DNA of 64,000 nt from a virus, in the IMG/VR virus record IMGVR_UViG_3300028400_000003, positions 20,086 to 84,085 of that record. One strand, given 5' to 3'. The notes under the pieces were generated by a model. It was not told the origin of the DNA. It worked only from the letters and a program-made list of their open reading frames with translations, and did not search any database. Below are positions 46,144 to 56,241 of this stretch, one piece after another; positions within the stretch are counted from its first letter, which is position 1, and every line of letters begins with the position of its first letter. A program made the position numbers and the translations under genes.

Positions 46144-46417
46144 ACGCTTCATGTTTACACCGCTGGCGATCACGCTGGTCTTCATCGCCCTACCGATCTG
46201 GACCTATCTCATGCTTGGATGGGAGGCAGCCTGGCGGTTTGGTATCCTGCTTGCGGTGCTCGGTGCCGCCGATCTCGCCATCGGCTGGGGCAAGGGGCTC
46301 ACCCTCTCAGAGCAGGTGAATAAGGACTGGCATCGCGACCCGAAGCGCTACATCATGTGGATTGCTGGCATTGTAGTAGGGCTTGTGCTTTTGCATTTCC
46401 ACTTCACGGGTAAATAG
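46127..46417 (+). CDS. three-TM membrane protein (holin candidate)
   Basis: Hydrophobic segments; next to the endolysin candidate. Confidence 0.6.
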   Translation: MLAKFRRFMFTPLAITLVFIALPIWTYLMLGWEAAWRFGILLAVLGAADLAIGWGKGLTLSEQVNKDWHRDPKRYIMWIAGIVVGLVLLHFHFTGK

Positions 46418-46434
46418 GAGGGAGGTATGAAGCG

Positions 46435-46671
46435 ATGAATTGGAGGAGCGTGCTAGAGAACACGATCACGCAATGGGCCGATGGGTATGAAGCGGTTCAG
46501 GATGGTGACATTGTGCGATATACAATATTTAGGGGAGGGTATCTGTTTGCGTTTGAGATCGACTATAAGGCTGACATGCCGAGCATTGCCTGGAGCGACG
46601 CCTTCCCAACTGATGAGGTTGCTGGGTTCATGGAGGGCCTACATGCCCTACTAACATCTGCGGGGGCCTGA
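46435..46671 (+). CDS. hypothetical protein
   Basis: RBS present. Confidence 0.55.
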   Translation: MNWRSVLENTITQWADGYEAVQDGDIVRYTIFRGGYLFAFEIDYKADMPSIAWSDAFPTDEVAGFMEGLHALLTSAGA

Positions 46672-46672
46672 T

Positions 46673-48913
46673 ATGCCAAGAGTCCGCGATACTAGCACGG
46701 CGGCCGACTCGACTGATACAACCAGTCACTCTATCGTTGTTCCAAACACTCAATCTGGCGACCTGCTACTTTGGTTTGTCGTTAAGGATACGACGGCAGG
46801 CGACGGCCCAAATCCACCGGCTGGTTGGAATACATATTATACAAGGGTTAAGTATGCTAGGTTCGCCGTATTTTGGCGCAGGTCTGATGGAACAGAATCT
46901 GGAACGACCGTGACAACAACTAGTAGCGACGCGGACGCCTGGGTATCGGTTATGGCAAGCCTAGTTGGGGCCTCTGATCCGGACTCGGTTAGCACGGTTT
47001 CTGAGTTTTTGTTTTCGACGGCTGGACACGAGTTTGTGGTGCCAGCTACCACCCTGCCCGGCTCGAATCGGATGGCGTTGTGGTTTGCATGGACTAATGC
47101 CACCCCAGCCGCAACTGGCGGACCTGGCGGGGTCATGCTTGGGGCACTTGACGCGACTAGTATTGGCCTCCTTGTACACGCCGACAACTTCTTTAACGAA
47201 TCACAAACTTACCCATTTGGCCTCCAGGCATCGGCTTCTGTTACCTTTGCTGGTGCGGTAATGTTTGTGCCAGATGATGGAACAGGATGGCACGCCCGCG
47301 TAAATAATGGGTGGGTTGAGCGGGCGATCAACTATCTTGCGTGGGACGACGGCTTTATTGACGATGCAAGCACCGACACGTATACCATACCTGTGACGAG
47401 CATTGCCGGTAGAACAGCCCAAGCGGCTCCAGCAAGCAATACAAACTATCAGGTAGACGCCGGTATTTATCCGATGCAGAAGGGGTGGCGTACTGCGGCC
47501 CCAAAGGGTGCAAACTGGAGAGCCACCTATGGGGCGCTATCTAGAAAATCCGAGGCACCAGCAGACTTGAGCCAGCCTGGCACATTCCTTTTGTATGGTC
47601 TGTATCCACAAGAACCACGACGCTTTTTGCAGCTCGGCCCCGTGGATTTTGGGGCTGGCCTCGGTCTGATTGATACCAATGGCAATATGGCATTCTGGCC
47701 AACCAACGGCGCGGACGACGTTACTTATCTAAGCGCTGGGTTTCTGAGCTTGCTCCTTGACCCATACTATCAAAGTGGAGCATTGCAATATGATGCCGGT
47801 TTTGATCCCGCCAACATAGACAAGTTTCTCTTTGCCGCCCATTCGGCTAACGGAAACGCCTATACCATAGCCTCACGCTTGTTTATTGTGAGCAGTCCAC
47901 AGATCGTAGGTGGTTCAACGACCCACACGGTCGGGATCAGCGAATTGATCAGGTGGTTTTCCGGATCGTATCACCGCCCCTATCGAACGATAGGTGGACT
48001 CTTTGAATTGAGGATACCATTTGACATTGGGGACGGCTCAATCGAAACACATTTCCAGATGAGCGGCCAATCACTACTATTTCCAAGGTCAGGGTCAGTT
48101 TCCCTGAGAGATGTAACACACCAGGTCGCACCTGGAAAAATGGGCATCAATCTCAACCTTACTTCGACGAGTACGGCCAGTTTTACATCAAGCTCAATAT
48201 CATGTCCCAGCGGATTTTATATCAAACATTCTGGCGCTGGTTCAGCTACCATTGACGGATGTAACCTGGGGCATCCGATCCTAGTCGAAGCGAAGAGTGG
48301 CTTTGCTTTTACGAATTCCAATATTGAAGGTGGACATAATATTCACGTTTACTCTGGTTCCACATTTAGTGGAAATAGGTTTTCCGGACGACTCAACAGC
48401 GCTGACCCGACGGTGATACTTCACGACGTTTCATCACTATCTGACACAACGGTGGATGGTGCTTATATAGCTATACGCCTCACCGATCCGACAATCACCA
48501 ATTACACCTTTGACGGTGTGGTGCTATCGAATAACGATTACGACATCGAGAATACTAGCGGGGTTAACGTGACGATTGCGATGGTTGGGGGTTCGGTTGC
48601 TGATCAGGCTAAGCTGCTAGAAACCAGCGGGAGCATCACTCTTGACTATCAAGCCACCGTGACCGTCACTGGATTTGTGTCTGGTAGCAGAATTCTAGTC
48701 CAAAACGTGGATTCTGGCACGATCTTATACAACGACATACCAGCATCAGACCCGCTTGTGGTTAACTTCTCCCTTGGAGGCAATCCATCGGCTAATATTT
48801 TGGTTAGGGTTCGTAATGCATCTGGGTACCCAAGATATAAGCCGTGGGAACAGAGCGCTGTCGTTGATTCCACCGGGGCTACGTTTAGGGTCACCCAAAC
48901 GATAGATGAATGA
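46673..48913 (+). CDS. large virion appendage protein with a possible beta-helix
   Basis: Ser/Thr-rich; beta-helix-like C-terminal half. Confidence 0.6.
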   Translation: MPRVRDTSTAADSTDTTSHSIVVPNTQSGDLLLWFVVKDTTAGDGPNPPAGWNTYYTRVKYARFAVFWRRSDGTESGTTVTTTSSDADAWVSVMASLVGASDPDSVSTVSEFLFSTAGHEFVVPATTLPGSNRMALWFAWTNATPAATGGPGGVMLGALDATSIGLLVHADNFFNESQTYPFGLQASASVTFAGAVMFVPDDGTGWHARVNNGWVERAINYLAWDDGFIDDASTDTYTIPVTSIAGRTAQAAPASNTNYQVDAGIYPMQKGWRTAAPKGANWRATYGALSRKSEAPADLSQPGTFLLYGLYPQEPRRFLQLGPVDFGAGLGLIDTNGNMAFWPTNGADDVTYLSAGFLSLLLDPYYQSGALQYDAGFDPANIDKFLFAAHSANGNAYTIASRLFIVSSPQIVGGSTTHTVGISELIRWFSGSYHRPYRTIGGLFELRIPFDIGDGSIETHFQMSGQSLLFPRSGSVSLRDVTHQVAPGKMGINLNLTSTSTASFTSSSISCPSGFYIKHSGAGSATIDGCNLGHPILVEAKSGFAFTNSNIEGGHNIHVYSGSTFSGNRFSGRLNSADPTVILHDVSSLSDTTVDGAYIAIRLTDPTITNYTFDGVVLSNNDYDIENTSGVNVTIAMVGGSVADQAKLLETSGSITLDYQATVTVTGFVSGSRILVQNVDSGTILYNDIPASDPLVVNFSLGGNPSANILVRVRNASGYPRYKPWEQSAVVDSTGATFRVTQTIDE

Positions 48914-48977
48914 ACCGACATGGCACAAACTGGCCCCTGCTGAGTAGTAGCATTATGGTTGATAGGAGGAGATACCA

Positions 48978-50696
48978 ATGGCAAGCTATGCAACATACGA
49001 CGCGACCGCTAAAGCCGCTATAGCTGCGGACATGACGGTCACCTACAACAGCGGTACCGGCGGGTATGACATCCGCATGGTAGGTAGCCCGAGCGGCGAC
49101 CGGTACTCTGTGCTGGTCCTTCACCGCTGGCTTCAAGACCTGGCGGATGAAGGGGCCATTAGTGGCGATGACGAGGTGGCCATCACCGTCCCCAACCCGT
49201 CCGAGCGTAAGACGGACAATGTTATTGTGCTACAGAATGGCTTCAATATTGACGATACCGTAGCGCAATACCTGTTCAACGGCTCCATCGAGCAGGATAC
49301 GGGTAACGTGCTTTATGCCGGTCTCCAGGTGATCGGCAGCGTCGTGGATGGTACGACTTTGCAGATCGTCCAGAACAACGCTCTACTCACGGCCTTCTGG
49401 GGAGCCGCCCCGAACGCGCTGAACGCCGGATACCCGAGCGCCGATACCATCATGAACATCCTGGTAAAGGTGAAGGATGCCGGCTCATGGATTGACGGCG
49501 GTCGCATCAGAGTGCAGGCGCGGTACTGGGGCGCTACCTACGCCTACGCCTACGCCACGTTGGGCACGGGCATTACCCCGGTAGCGGTTTCCACTAGTAC
49601 GGACCTCAACAACACCAGTACGGAAGCCAACGCGGCCAGCTACTACACAGCGCTTACCATCACGGAGGGGTACCTAACCCAAGACCTTGACAACGACGGG
49701 ACCAGCGAGCCCTATTATGTCAAGGTTGACTATGGCACGAACTCCGCCGCCCAAACATACGAGGCCCTGAAATACATTCAGCGCGAAGGAAGTGCTGAAA
49801 CGATTTTCGGCCTCAGCGGTGAACTATTCCTGGGCATTACACACAAGATTCCAGTAAGCAGTGTCACCGGCTCGTTCCAGACGGCAGAGCAGATCAGCTG
49901 GGCAGGTACCAAGTCGGGGACCGCACAGGTGCTCGCCTATGACGGTAGTACTACCCTTTGGGTTCAGCTGCTCACTGGCGAAGCTCCTGCGAGTGGTGAT
50001 AGCATCACCGGCGCTACCAGCGGGGCCACGGCTACCGCTGGCGCGGTTGCTAGCTACAACCCACCCTCCTACGTTTGGGCCGGTCAGTTTACGGGTTCGG
50101 CGTGGATCGGCGGTTATGGTTTCTCGATTGACTTCTCCGATGTCACCAAGGATGACACTTACACGGACCTCAACGATGTCACACACACGCCGCCGAACTA
50201 CCAGCAGGGAGTCGTCACCAACCTGACTGCGGGCGAGTTTTACGTGTTGGTGGCCCCATCCACCGGTTCTGGGTCTACCACGATCCAGTTTGACCAGTTG
50301 AGCGTGTCGGGCTCACACTCTAGTACGGATACCACGCTCACCGTGAGCACGGCCATACCTGCGGATACTCCAGCTTCCGGTTACATTCGCGTGCAAAAGG
50401 CCAGCGGTAGCGCTGACTATGCGAAGGTGCAATACACATCGTGGAGCGGTAGTACCTTTACCCTGGCCGCGCAACTTGGGTTTGCGCTTGCTGGCGGCGA
50501 GAACGTGTTTGTGGCTTACCTTGACACTCTTGCATCGGCTACGTCTGAGTCCTTTACGGCGGTTTACACGGCGGATCGTCCGATGGTCGTCCGCGTTCGT
50601 GACGGTGGAGCAACGCCGATCAAGCCCTTCGAGACACCGGCGACATTTACCTCGACCGGCTTCTCCGTGGCCACTATCGTCATTGCTGACGAGTAA
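48978..50696 (+). CDS. virion structural protein
   Basis: Thr/Ser/Gly-rich; strong RBS. Confidence 0.65.
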   Translation: MASYATYDATAKAAIAADMTVTYNSGTGGYDIRMVGSPSGDRYSVLVLHRWLQDLADEGAISGDDEVAITVPNPSERKTDNVIVLQNGFNIDDTVAQYLFNGSIEQDTGNVLYAGLQVIGSVVDGTTLQIVQNNALLTAFWGAAPNALNAGYPSADTIMNILVKVKDAGSWIDGGRIRVQARYWGATYAYAYATLGTGITPVAVSTSTDLNNTSTEANAASYYTALTITEGYLTQDLDNDGTSEPYYVKVDYGTNSAAQTYEALKYIQREGSAETIFGLSGELFLGITHKIPVSSVTGSFQTAEQISWAGTKSGTAQVLAYDGSTTLWVQLLTGEAPASGDSITGATSGATATAGAVASYNPPSYVWAGQFTGSAWIGGYGFSIDFSDVTKDDTYTDLNDVTHTPPNYQQGVVTNLTAGEFYVLVAPSTGSGSTTIQFDQLSVSGSHSSTDTTLTVSTAIPADTPASGYIRVQKASGSADYAKVQYTSWSGSTFTLAAQLGFALAGGENVFVAYLDTLASATSESFTAVYTADRPMVVRVRDGGATPIKPFETPATFTSTGFSVATIVIADE

Positions 50697-50707
50697 GGAG
50701 CAGGCCC

Positions 50708-51370
50708 GTGGCCTACTCCGTTGACTGGACAAACCGTATCGTTACGGTCCCGCAGTCTGACCTAACGCTCATACAGGCGGCGGGGGCTAATGCCCTCGCC
50801 GTGTATGAGCTTGACGTTGCCGATTTCTGGCGCGAGGTTCGGAGGCTCGAGTCCGAAGTGCCAGGCTTGCCGAATCCGATCATCGTTTCCAACACCGCCC
50901 CGGCGGCCACGGATAGCGTGACTACCCTTCCGCGGGTGGTGCGGGTCATAAACGGCTACCGGGTGGAGTTTGACGATTCGCCCGGCAACTATCAGGTACG
51001 GCTCGTTGGCGGCAACACCAACATTCACGATACTTCCGTACTGGTGCCCAACGGTGTGAGCGTGGTGCCCTCTAACTCCGCCGGTCTCGTGCTCGCACCT
51101 GATTCCAGCGGTGCGGATGTCAACGTCACCAGCGTGGGCGGGGTCACGGTAAGCGGGCCGGATGACCTGAAGGCCGATCTTACATTCCTCGAAGCCATCG
51201 AGGGTGGAACCTGGAAGATCGAAGACGATGGAAGCGGTAATGCCGTACAGGTGTTTTACGATGCTTCCAACGTTGAGGTAGCACGGGTGCAACTGTACCG
51301 CAAGGATGGCCAGCCGGTGAGCATGACGGAGTTTGACGCGGCGAGCATCACGGAGCGGAGGAGGGTCTAG
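50708..51370 (+). CDS. virion-associated protein (putative)
   Basis: INGYRVEF...SNSAGL. Confidence 0.6.
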   Translation: MAYSVDWTNRIVTVPQSDLTLIQAAGANALAVYELDVADFWREVRRLESEVPGLPNPIIVSNTAPAATDSVTTLPRVVRVINGYRVEFDDSPGNYQVRLVGGNTNIHDTSVLVPNGVSVVPSNSAGLVLAPDSSGADVNVTSVGGVTVSGPDDLKADLTFLEAIEGGTWKIEDDGSGNAVQVFYDASNVEVARVQLYRKDGQPVSMTEFDAASITERRRV

Positions 51371-51552
51371 TGCCAGGCCCGCACAGTCAGATCATCACGC
51401 GCGGATATGGCACCCTCGCCTCGCAGAGCCGCATCATCATGAGAGGCTATGCTGGGGCGGTAACCGCCGTGACCCGTAAGGTTGCTGAGATCGTCAAGCT
51501 AGCTGGAACCCTTACCAGCATAGTTAACTTGGAGGGAACATGGCGCAGGTAG
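51370..51552 (+). CDS. small protein with an internal SxIIxRGY repeat
   Basis: SQIITRGY and SRIIMRGY. Confidence 0.55.
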   Translation: MPGPHSQIITRGYGTLASQSRIIMRGYAGAVTAVTRKVAEIVKLAGTLTSIVNLEGTWRR

Positions 51553-51716
51553 AAGTTATTGAGCTTGAGGCCAGTGTAAATATTAAGGGCGAGCACGACG
51601 CTTCCGTAGCCCTTGGCGTAGATCGTGACGCCAGCCTGATCCAGGTGCTCGAAGTAACGGCCAGTGTTACGCAGATTGTGGAAGCCGATACCGAGTTTTT
51701 GCTTGAGGAGGCATAA
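51540..51716 (+). CDS. 58-aa acidic protein
   Basis: RBS GGAGGG; MAQVEVIELEAS...; TAATG coupling to the next gene; not in the ORF track. Confidence 0.6.
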   Translation: MAQVEVIELEASVNIKGEHDASVALGVDRDASLIQVLEVTASVTQIVEADTEFLLEEA

Positions 51717-52027
51717 TGGCACAGAAAGTCTATGTTGGAGATACCGGGACCATCATACGCTTCAGGTTTTCGAGCGCCGAAACTTTTCCCGATGGTCCTT
51801 ACACGGCAAAGATCAAATACCGGAAGCCATCAGGACAGACGGGCGAGTGGGGTGGCACGGTTACTCTTAACCCCGATCCAGCATACGCAGCCTACGTTGA
51901 CTACACCACGCTTGCGGATGACCTCGATGAGGCAGGAACGTGGTGGTTGCAGGCCTACATTAGCGGCGCTTCATGGACCGGCCATAGCAATTCCGTCAAG
52001 CTTACGGTGTATGACCTTTTCGAGTAG
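51716..52027 (+). CDS. BppU N-terminal-like virion protein
   Basis: VGDTGT; KPSG; DLDEAGTWWLQA. Confidence 0.65.
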   Translation: MAQKVYVGDTGTIIRFRFSSAETFPDGPYTAKIKYRKPSGQTGEWGGTVTLNPDPAYAAYVDYTTLADDLDEAGTWWLQAYISGASWTGHSNSVKLTVYDLFE

Positions 52028-52113
52028 GGTGCTTCACATGGTTCATTCTGGCTTCCCAATTAGATTACCATTGGGGCGGTGGGTGGTTATGAATCCCATG
52101 ATGGGGGTCTTAA

Positions 52114-52323
52114 GTGAAGCGCGAGTTAATCATAGAGCTAACCTTGCTCGTGACTACTGCCATTGCGTTTCTCGCGCTAGTAGTCAAAAGCATCCTTACA
52201 GGGGACGACATACCCCCAACGCTGGCCTACCTGATCGGCCTGAGTTGGGGGAGCTTGCTTGGTGTTAAGGAGGTCGTCAGGAGAATCGGGGGCGGTCGTT
52301 GTGAAGAGGACGTTGAAGAGTAA
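52114..52323 (+). CDS. two-TM membrane protein
   Basis: Hydrophobicity. Confidence 0.55.
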   Translation: MKRELIIELTLLVTTAIAFLALVVKSILTGDDIPPTLAYLIGLSWGSLLGVKEVVRRIGGGRCEEDVEE

Positions 52324-52672
52324 CCCGCATGCGCTTACCGCATTAATCATAGCTTCATTTGTTGGTGTTATTCTACTTGAGGTTTACATTTCCAACAACG
52401 CACTCACCGCTTTGCTGGTGTGGCTTGGCCGATCTGTTATTATCGCCTACGCCGTGCATCAGGCGATCATCGCGCTGGCCGGGATGGCCGATGACATGCT
52501 TGAGTTGTTCTCCGGTTTGGGCGGCCTGATGTACCTTGTGGGCGTTCATCTATGGACCATACAATCGTATCAAGGACGCTATGACCTTGACCTGCTGTTG
52601 CGGGTGCTTGGTATAGCCCTAATGCTGCTACCGCGCGTTTGGCGCGTTACCAAGTTAGCCCTAACCGGCTGA
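52301..52672 (+). CDS. four-TM membrane protein
   Basis: Hydrophobicity. Confidence 0.55.
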   Translation: MKRTLKSNPHALTALIIASFVGVILLEVYISNNALTALLVWLGRSVIIAYAVHQAIIALAGMADDMLELFSGLGGLMYLVGVHLWTIQSYQGRYDLDLLLRVLGIALMLLPRVWRVTKLALTG

Positions 52673-53704
52673 TAGACCACGCAGCATTTGCACCACGTCA
52701 CTCACGGGTTCGCGCCCGTGAGCCTTTCTGTACCTGACGTAGGCCTCCGCCACACCTCCATGAGCAAAGCCCCCGATTACGGCCTTGGCCACCTCATTTA
52801 TACGGATGGCCGGCTTACGTATGATTTCAAAGCGCTCGACCCCGGCTAGCCGTAACGTGGTATCGGCCATACTGGCTTCTTCTTCCGTGGTGCAAACTGC
52901 CTTGACGATATCGGAAGTGTTACCGGTCCAATCCTCGAAACTGACGAACCTACGGCCGGAGTCAAGTCCACGCCACTCTACAGTGTAGTGGCGTCCATTG
53001 CTGAGCCTTTCGATGTGGATGGTTACGTACCCGGGTCGCCCTTCGCCGTGCCCGGTCTGTACTGTTGGGCCGGTGTAATAGACGTGCCAGCCGTTACTAT
53101 CCACGAAGTCGTGTGCGGCATGCAGGTGACCTAGCACCATTATTCTGCGGGTGGAATCGGCATCGTCCGCAGCGCTAGCGCCGGTAAGCACGATTTCGTC
53201 TTTCCCAAGGTGCTCGGTTGGCGGGGCGTAGGGACTCTCTGGATGCGTACCGTGCCCAACGTAGATTTGCCGCATGCGACCATCGGGGTAAAGCGAGCCC
53301 TCTCCCCAATTGAAGATCGTGATTCCGGCATCTTCAATATCGGCATAGCCTACGCTGATACCGTTTTTCAACCAATAGAGGGATTTGAACGCATCGAGGG
53401 CTGAGTGGTTGTGCCCGTAGTCGTGGTTTCCATGCACCATAAGCGTGCGAAAAGGTGAGGTCAACGGCCTTTCCATAATGGCGTCGGTTAGCCCTGCGAT
53501 CAGCTTGGGCTGAGGCTTCGAGGAATCGAAAACGTCACCGGCCATGATTAGTAGGTCAGCGCCCGTGGCCACTGTAGTTACGGCGTCGAGCACGTCATGA
53601 TCCCGTTCGGGATACAAGCGGTGCCGCTTTCCTAGATGGAGATCGCCCAAGATGGCCACCCGATAATGTTTTTTGCGACGCTTCGTTCCATTGCCTTCAA
53701 TCAT
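52661..53704 (-). CDS. SbcD/Mre11-like nuclease
   Basis: GDLHLG; AGDVFD; GNHD; LGHLH. Confidence 0.82.
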   Translation of the reverse strand: MIEGNGTKRRKKHYRVAILGDLHLGKRHRLYPERDHDVLDAVTTVATGADLLIMAGDVFDSSKPQPKLIAGLTDAIMERPLTSPFRTLMVHGNHDYGHNHSALDAFKSLYWLKNGISVGYADIEDAGITIFNWGEGSLYPDGRMRQIYVGHGTHPESPYAPPTEHLGKDEIVLTGASAADDADSTRRIMVLGHLHAAHDFVDSNGWHVYYTGPTVQTGHGEGRPGYVTIHIERLSNGRHYTVEWRGLDSGRRFVSFEDWTGNTSDIVKAVCTTEEEASMADTTLRLAGVERFEIIRKPAIRINEVAKAVIGGFAHGGVAEAYVRYRKAHGREPVSDVVQMLRGLSAG

Positions 53705-55784
53705 TGCTATGCTCCCAGACCTTCAACCACGTTGAGCGGTTGTTACCACGGCGCTTGACGCCCATAGCTAGCATTCGACTATCGGCATGCAGGTAAAGCA
53801 CTTCCTTGGCCCGCGTGAGGGCGGTGTAAATTATTTCCCGGTTCGCCATTACGTAGTGCCCCCTGTCCAGCACGAACACGACGCGCTCCCACTCCGAACC
53901 CTGCGACCGGTGCACGGTGATGGCATAGGCGAGCGCCAGGTTGGTGAGGGAGGTACCGCCGCTTTTGCGGTTGATTTCTACGTGCTGATCGCCAAGGTTA
54001 ATCACCACGTTCTCCTTCGTGATTTCCCTGACGATGCCAACCTCCCCGTTCATGATGCCTGCGTCATAGTCGTTAGACATGCCGATGACGGGATCACCTA
54101 CGTTGATTTCGGCACCACCCGCGCCGGTGAAGGTTAGGGTTGAGCCGCCCAACTGAAAGAAGATTCGGCGAGGGGAGCCTGGCGCGTTGACCTTGCCTTT
54201 AATGGCCTGGTTGAGCCCCCAAACCCCGAGCGGCCCCCTGTTCATGGGCGTGAGCACCTGAACCTCTTGACCTGCGTTCCACATATCGGCTACCCGTTGA
54301 ACAATGGCATCGGGGTCGTTCGGGTGGACTTGCAACGTATCTGGGAACCGGCCTTCGAGCACCTGGTAGGCCGCTTTGACGATGGGGCTTTGCTCAGCCT
54401 GACGGTAGATGCGGGTAAGACGCACAACCGGCCCGCCGCGCCGTACAAGGTCGTGAAAGACCTGGCCAGGGCCTACGCTTGGCAACTGGTTGGCGTCGCC
54501 AACGAGCAGCAGCTTGGCTCCCTTCGGCATGGCCTCGATGACCCGTCGCATGAGTGAAACGTCAACCATGCTCGCTTCATCAATCACCAGCAGATCAATT
54601 TGGAGCGGGCGGCCTGGTCCATAGGCCCATTCGCCTCCCGGCTTATATCCCAGCAGGCGGTGAATGGTTGACGCGTCTTCAATCCCAAACGCCCGTAGCC
54701 TGGCCGCCGCCTTTCCCGTAGGCGCGGCCACGGCCACGCGCATTTTGCCGTGAGCCTGAGCAGCGGCTATGATCGAGGCCAGGGTGTGGCTTTTGCCTGT
54801 TCCAGGGCCGCCGGTGAGTATGACGAGGTTGTGGGCTTGCAGCAGCATAGCCGCTCGCACCTGCTCGGCGCTCAGTTTGTTTTGTAACGAGATGGCCACG
54901 TCAACGAAGCGGTCATCCCTGTCCCCTTTGACAAGCCCGCGCTGAGCCGTGTAGAAGTCGTGGATGGCCGTTTCGGCGGCGTGGTGCTTTTTGAGGCCAA
55001 CCCAATCGTCTTCTTCTATGGCAAGACCTTTCTCGATGGAGAATCGTAAACCGCGCTCCAGGTCTTCGCGGCTTACGTCTATGTTTTCGGCTTCGGCTAG
55101 GAACTCTTCGAGTGTGACCGCCGTATGGCCTCGCTTGCTGGCCAGTTGATCGAGCACGTAAACGGACATGGCTTGCAGACGGCGCGGGTCTGTTTTTTCG
55201 ATTCCCATGCCCTCGGCAATCTCATCGGCCAGCTTGAACCCGATACCCTGGACCATAGTGAGTAGGTAGGGGTTGGCCCTCACCGTTTTTACCGCGCCTA
55301 CCCCGAAGTGCTTGAAGGCGCGGTATGCGTAGGCGTTGCTCAGCCCCATCTCGATGAGCGTGCCAACCTCCTCGATTTCGTGCTGGCGCTCGCGCCACAA
55401 TGAGCTTATGCTTTCGGCCTTTTCGCGGTTTACACGTTTTATTTTTTGCAAGAACTCCACATCGCCAAGCCTGGAAAGTTTGTCACCTACCGCCTCCATG
55501 ATCTGCTTAGCCGTAGACGGCCCCACGCCATCCACGTTATCGGCTAACCAGCTAGCTATGGCGGATGCGCTGTTGTCACGCACCACGCGAACCTTGCTAG
55601 GCGTTAGTTGAGTACCGTATTTGGGGTGTTCCCTTGGTTGAAACTCCCCTTCGAGGATATCACCCGGTTCTACTCGCCCAAGTTGCCCGGCCACGACTTC
55701 CTGCTTGCCGTCAAAGTCTACCAACGTTACGGTAAACCCGCTACCTTCGTTTGCATAGATGATACGCTCGACTTTTCCCCTCAC
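53697..55784 (-). CDS. recD2: RecD2-type SF1B helicase
   Basis: HPKYG; HhH; GGPGTGKS; DEASM; QLPSVGPG; HRSQGSE. Confidence 0.93.
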   Translation of the reverse strand: MRGKVERIIYANEGSGFTVTLVDFDGKQEVVAGQLGRVEPGDILEGEFQPREHPKYGTQLTPSKVRVVRDNSASAIASWLADNVDGVGPSTAKQIMEAVGDKLSRLGDVEFLQKIKRVNREKAESISSLWRERQHEIEEVGTLIEMGLSNAYAYRAFKHFGVGAVKTVRANPYLLTMVQGIGFKLADEIAEGMGIEKTDPRRLQAMSVYVLDQLASKRGHTAVTLEEFLAEAENIDVSREDLERGLRFSIEKGLAIEEDDWVGLKKHHAAETAIHDFYTAQRGLVKGDRDDRFVDVAISLQNKLSAEQVRAAMLLQAHNLVILTGGPGTGKSHTLASIIAAAQAHGKMRVAVAAPTGKAAARLRAFGIEDASTIHRLLGYKPGGEWAYGPGRPLQIDLLVIDEASMVDVSLMRRVIEAMPKGAKLLLVGDANQLPSVGPGQVFHDLVRRGGPVVRLTRIYRQAEQSPIVKAAYQVLEGRFPDTLQVHPNDPDAIVQRVADMWNAGQEVQVLTPMNRGPLGVWGLNQAIKGKVNAPGSPRRIFFQLGGSTLTFTGAGGAEINVGDPVIGMSNDYDAGIMNGEVGIVREITKENVVINLGDQHVEINRKSGGTSLTNLALAYAITVHRSQGSEWERVVFVLDRGHYVMANREIIYTALTRAKEVLYLHADSRMLAMGVKRRGNNRSTWLKVWEHSND

Positions 55785-55801
55785 CGTCGCCTCCCTGACT
55801 T

Positions 55802-55830
55802 ATTATATAGGCTAGGGTAATATAAAACAA
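55802..55830 (-). promoter_or_regulatory. promoter for recD2-sbcD
   Basis: Minus-strand TTGTTT-N17-TATAAT followed by GGGAGG. Confidence 0.7.
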
Positions 55831-55936
55831 GGGGTTGCGCTGGGTTATGGAGAGCACTAAAATACCCGCATGGCCCTAGGCGTTAAGAAAGCAGGTGTGC
55901 CCCCTCTAGGCGAAGGGGGCACAGAAGGGAGAGACG

Positions 55937-56236
55937 GTGAGATCTCCGATAACTATTATACACCGCTTCAGTCATGGATCAACCCTCGATAGCGTACCGG
56001 TGCCTACGGAACTTTTACATGACGTAGGAGTGTCACTGGGGGCGAAGGGGGTTTACATCATGCTTGCGTCCAAGCGATCCGGTGAACGGGTTGACTTCGA
56101 TGCCATCCTCGAGGATTACCTGCAAGAACTGGAGAACGCCGGTTGGGTTGTGGTGACCAACCGGCGAACGAGAAGGACCGTGGAGCTTTTGCAGCGGCAA
56201 CCAGACCACGCAAGGATTGGGGGATACGAGGTATAG
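55937..56236 (+). CDS. winged-HTH-like protein
   Basis: SLGAKGVYIML...LQELENAGWV, similar to the initiator N-terminus. Confidence 0.6.
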   Translation: MRSPITIIHRFSHGSTLDSVPVPTELLHDVGVSLGAKGVYIMLASKRSGERVDFDAILEDYLQELENAGWVVVTNRRTRRTVELLQRQPDHARIGGYEV

Positions 56237-56241
56237 CTGCC

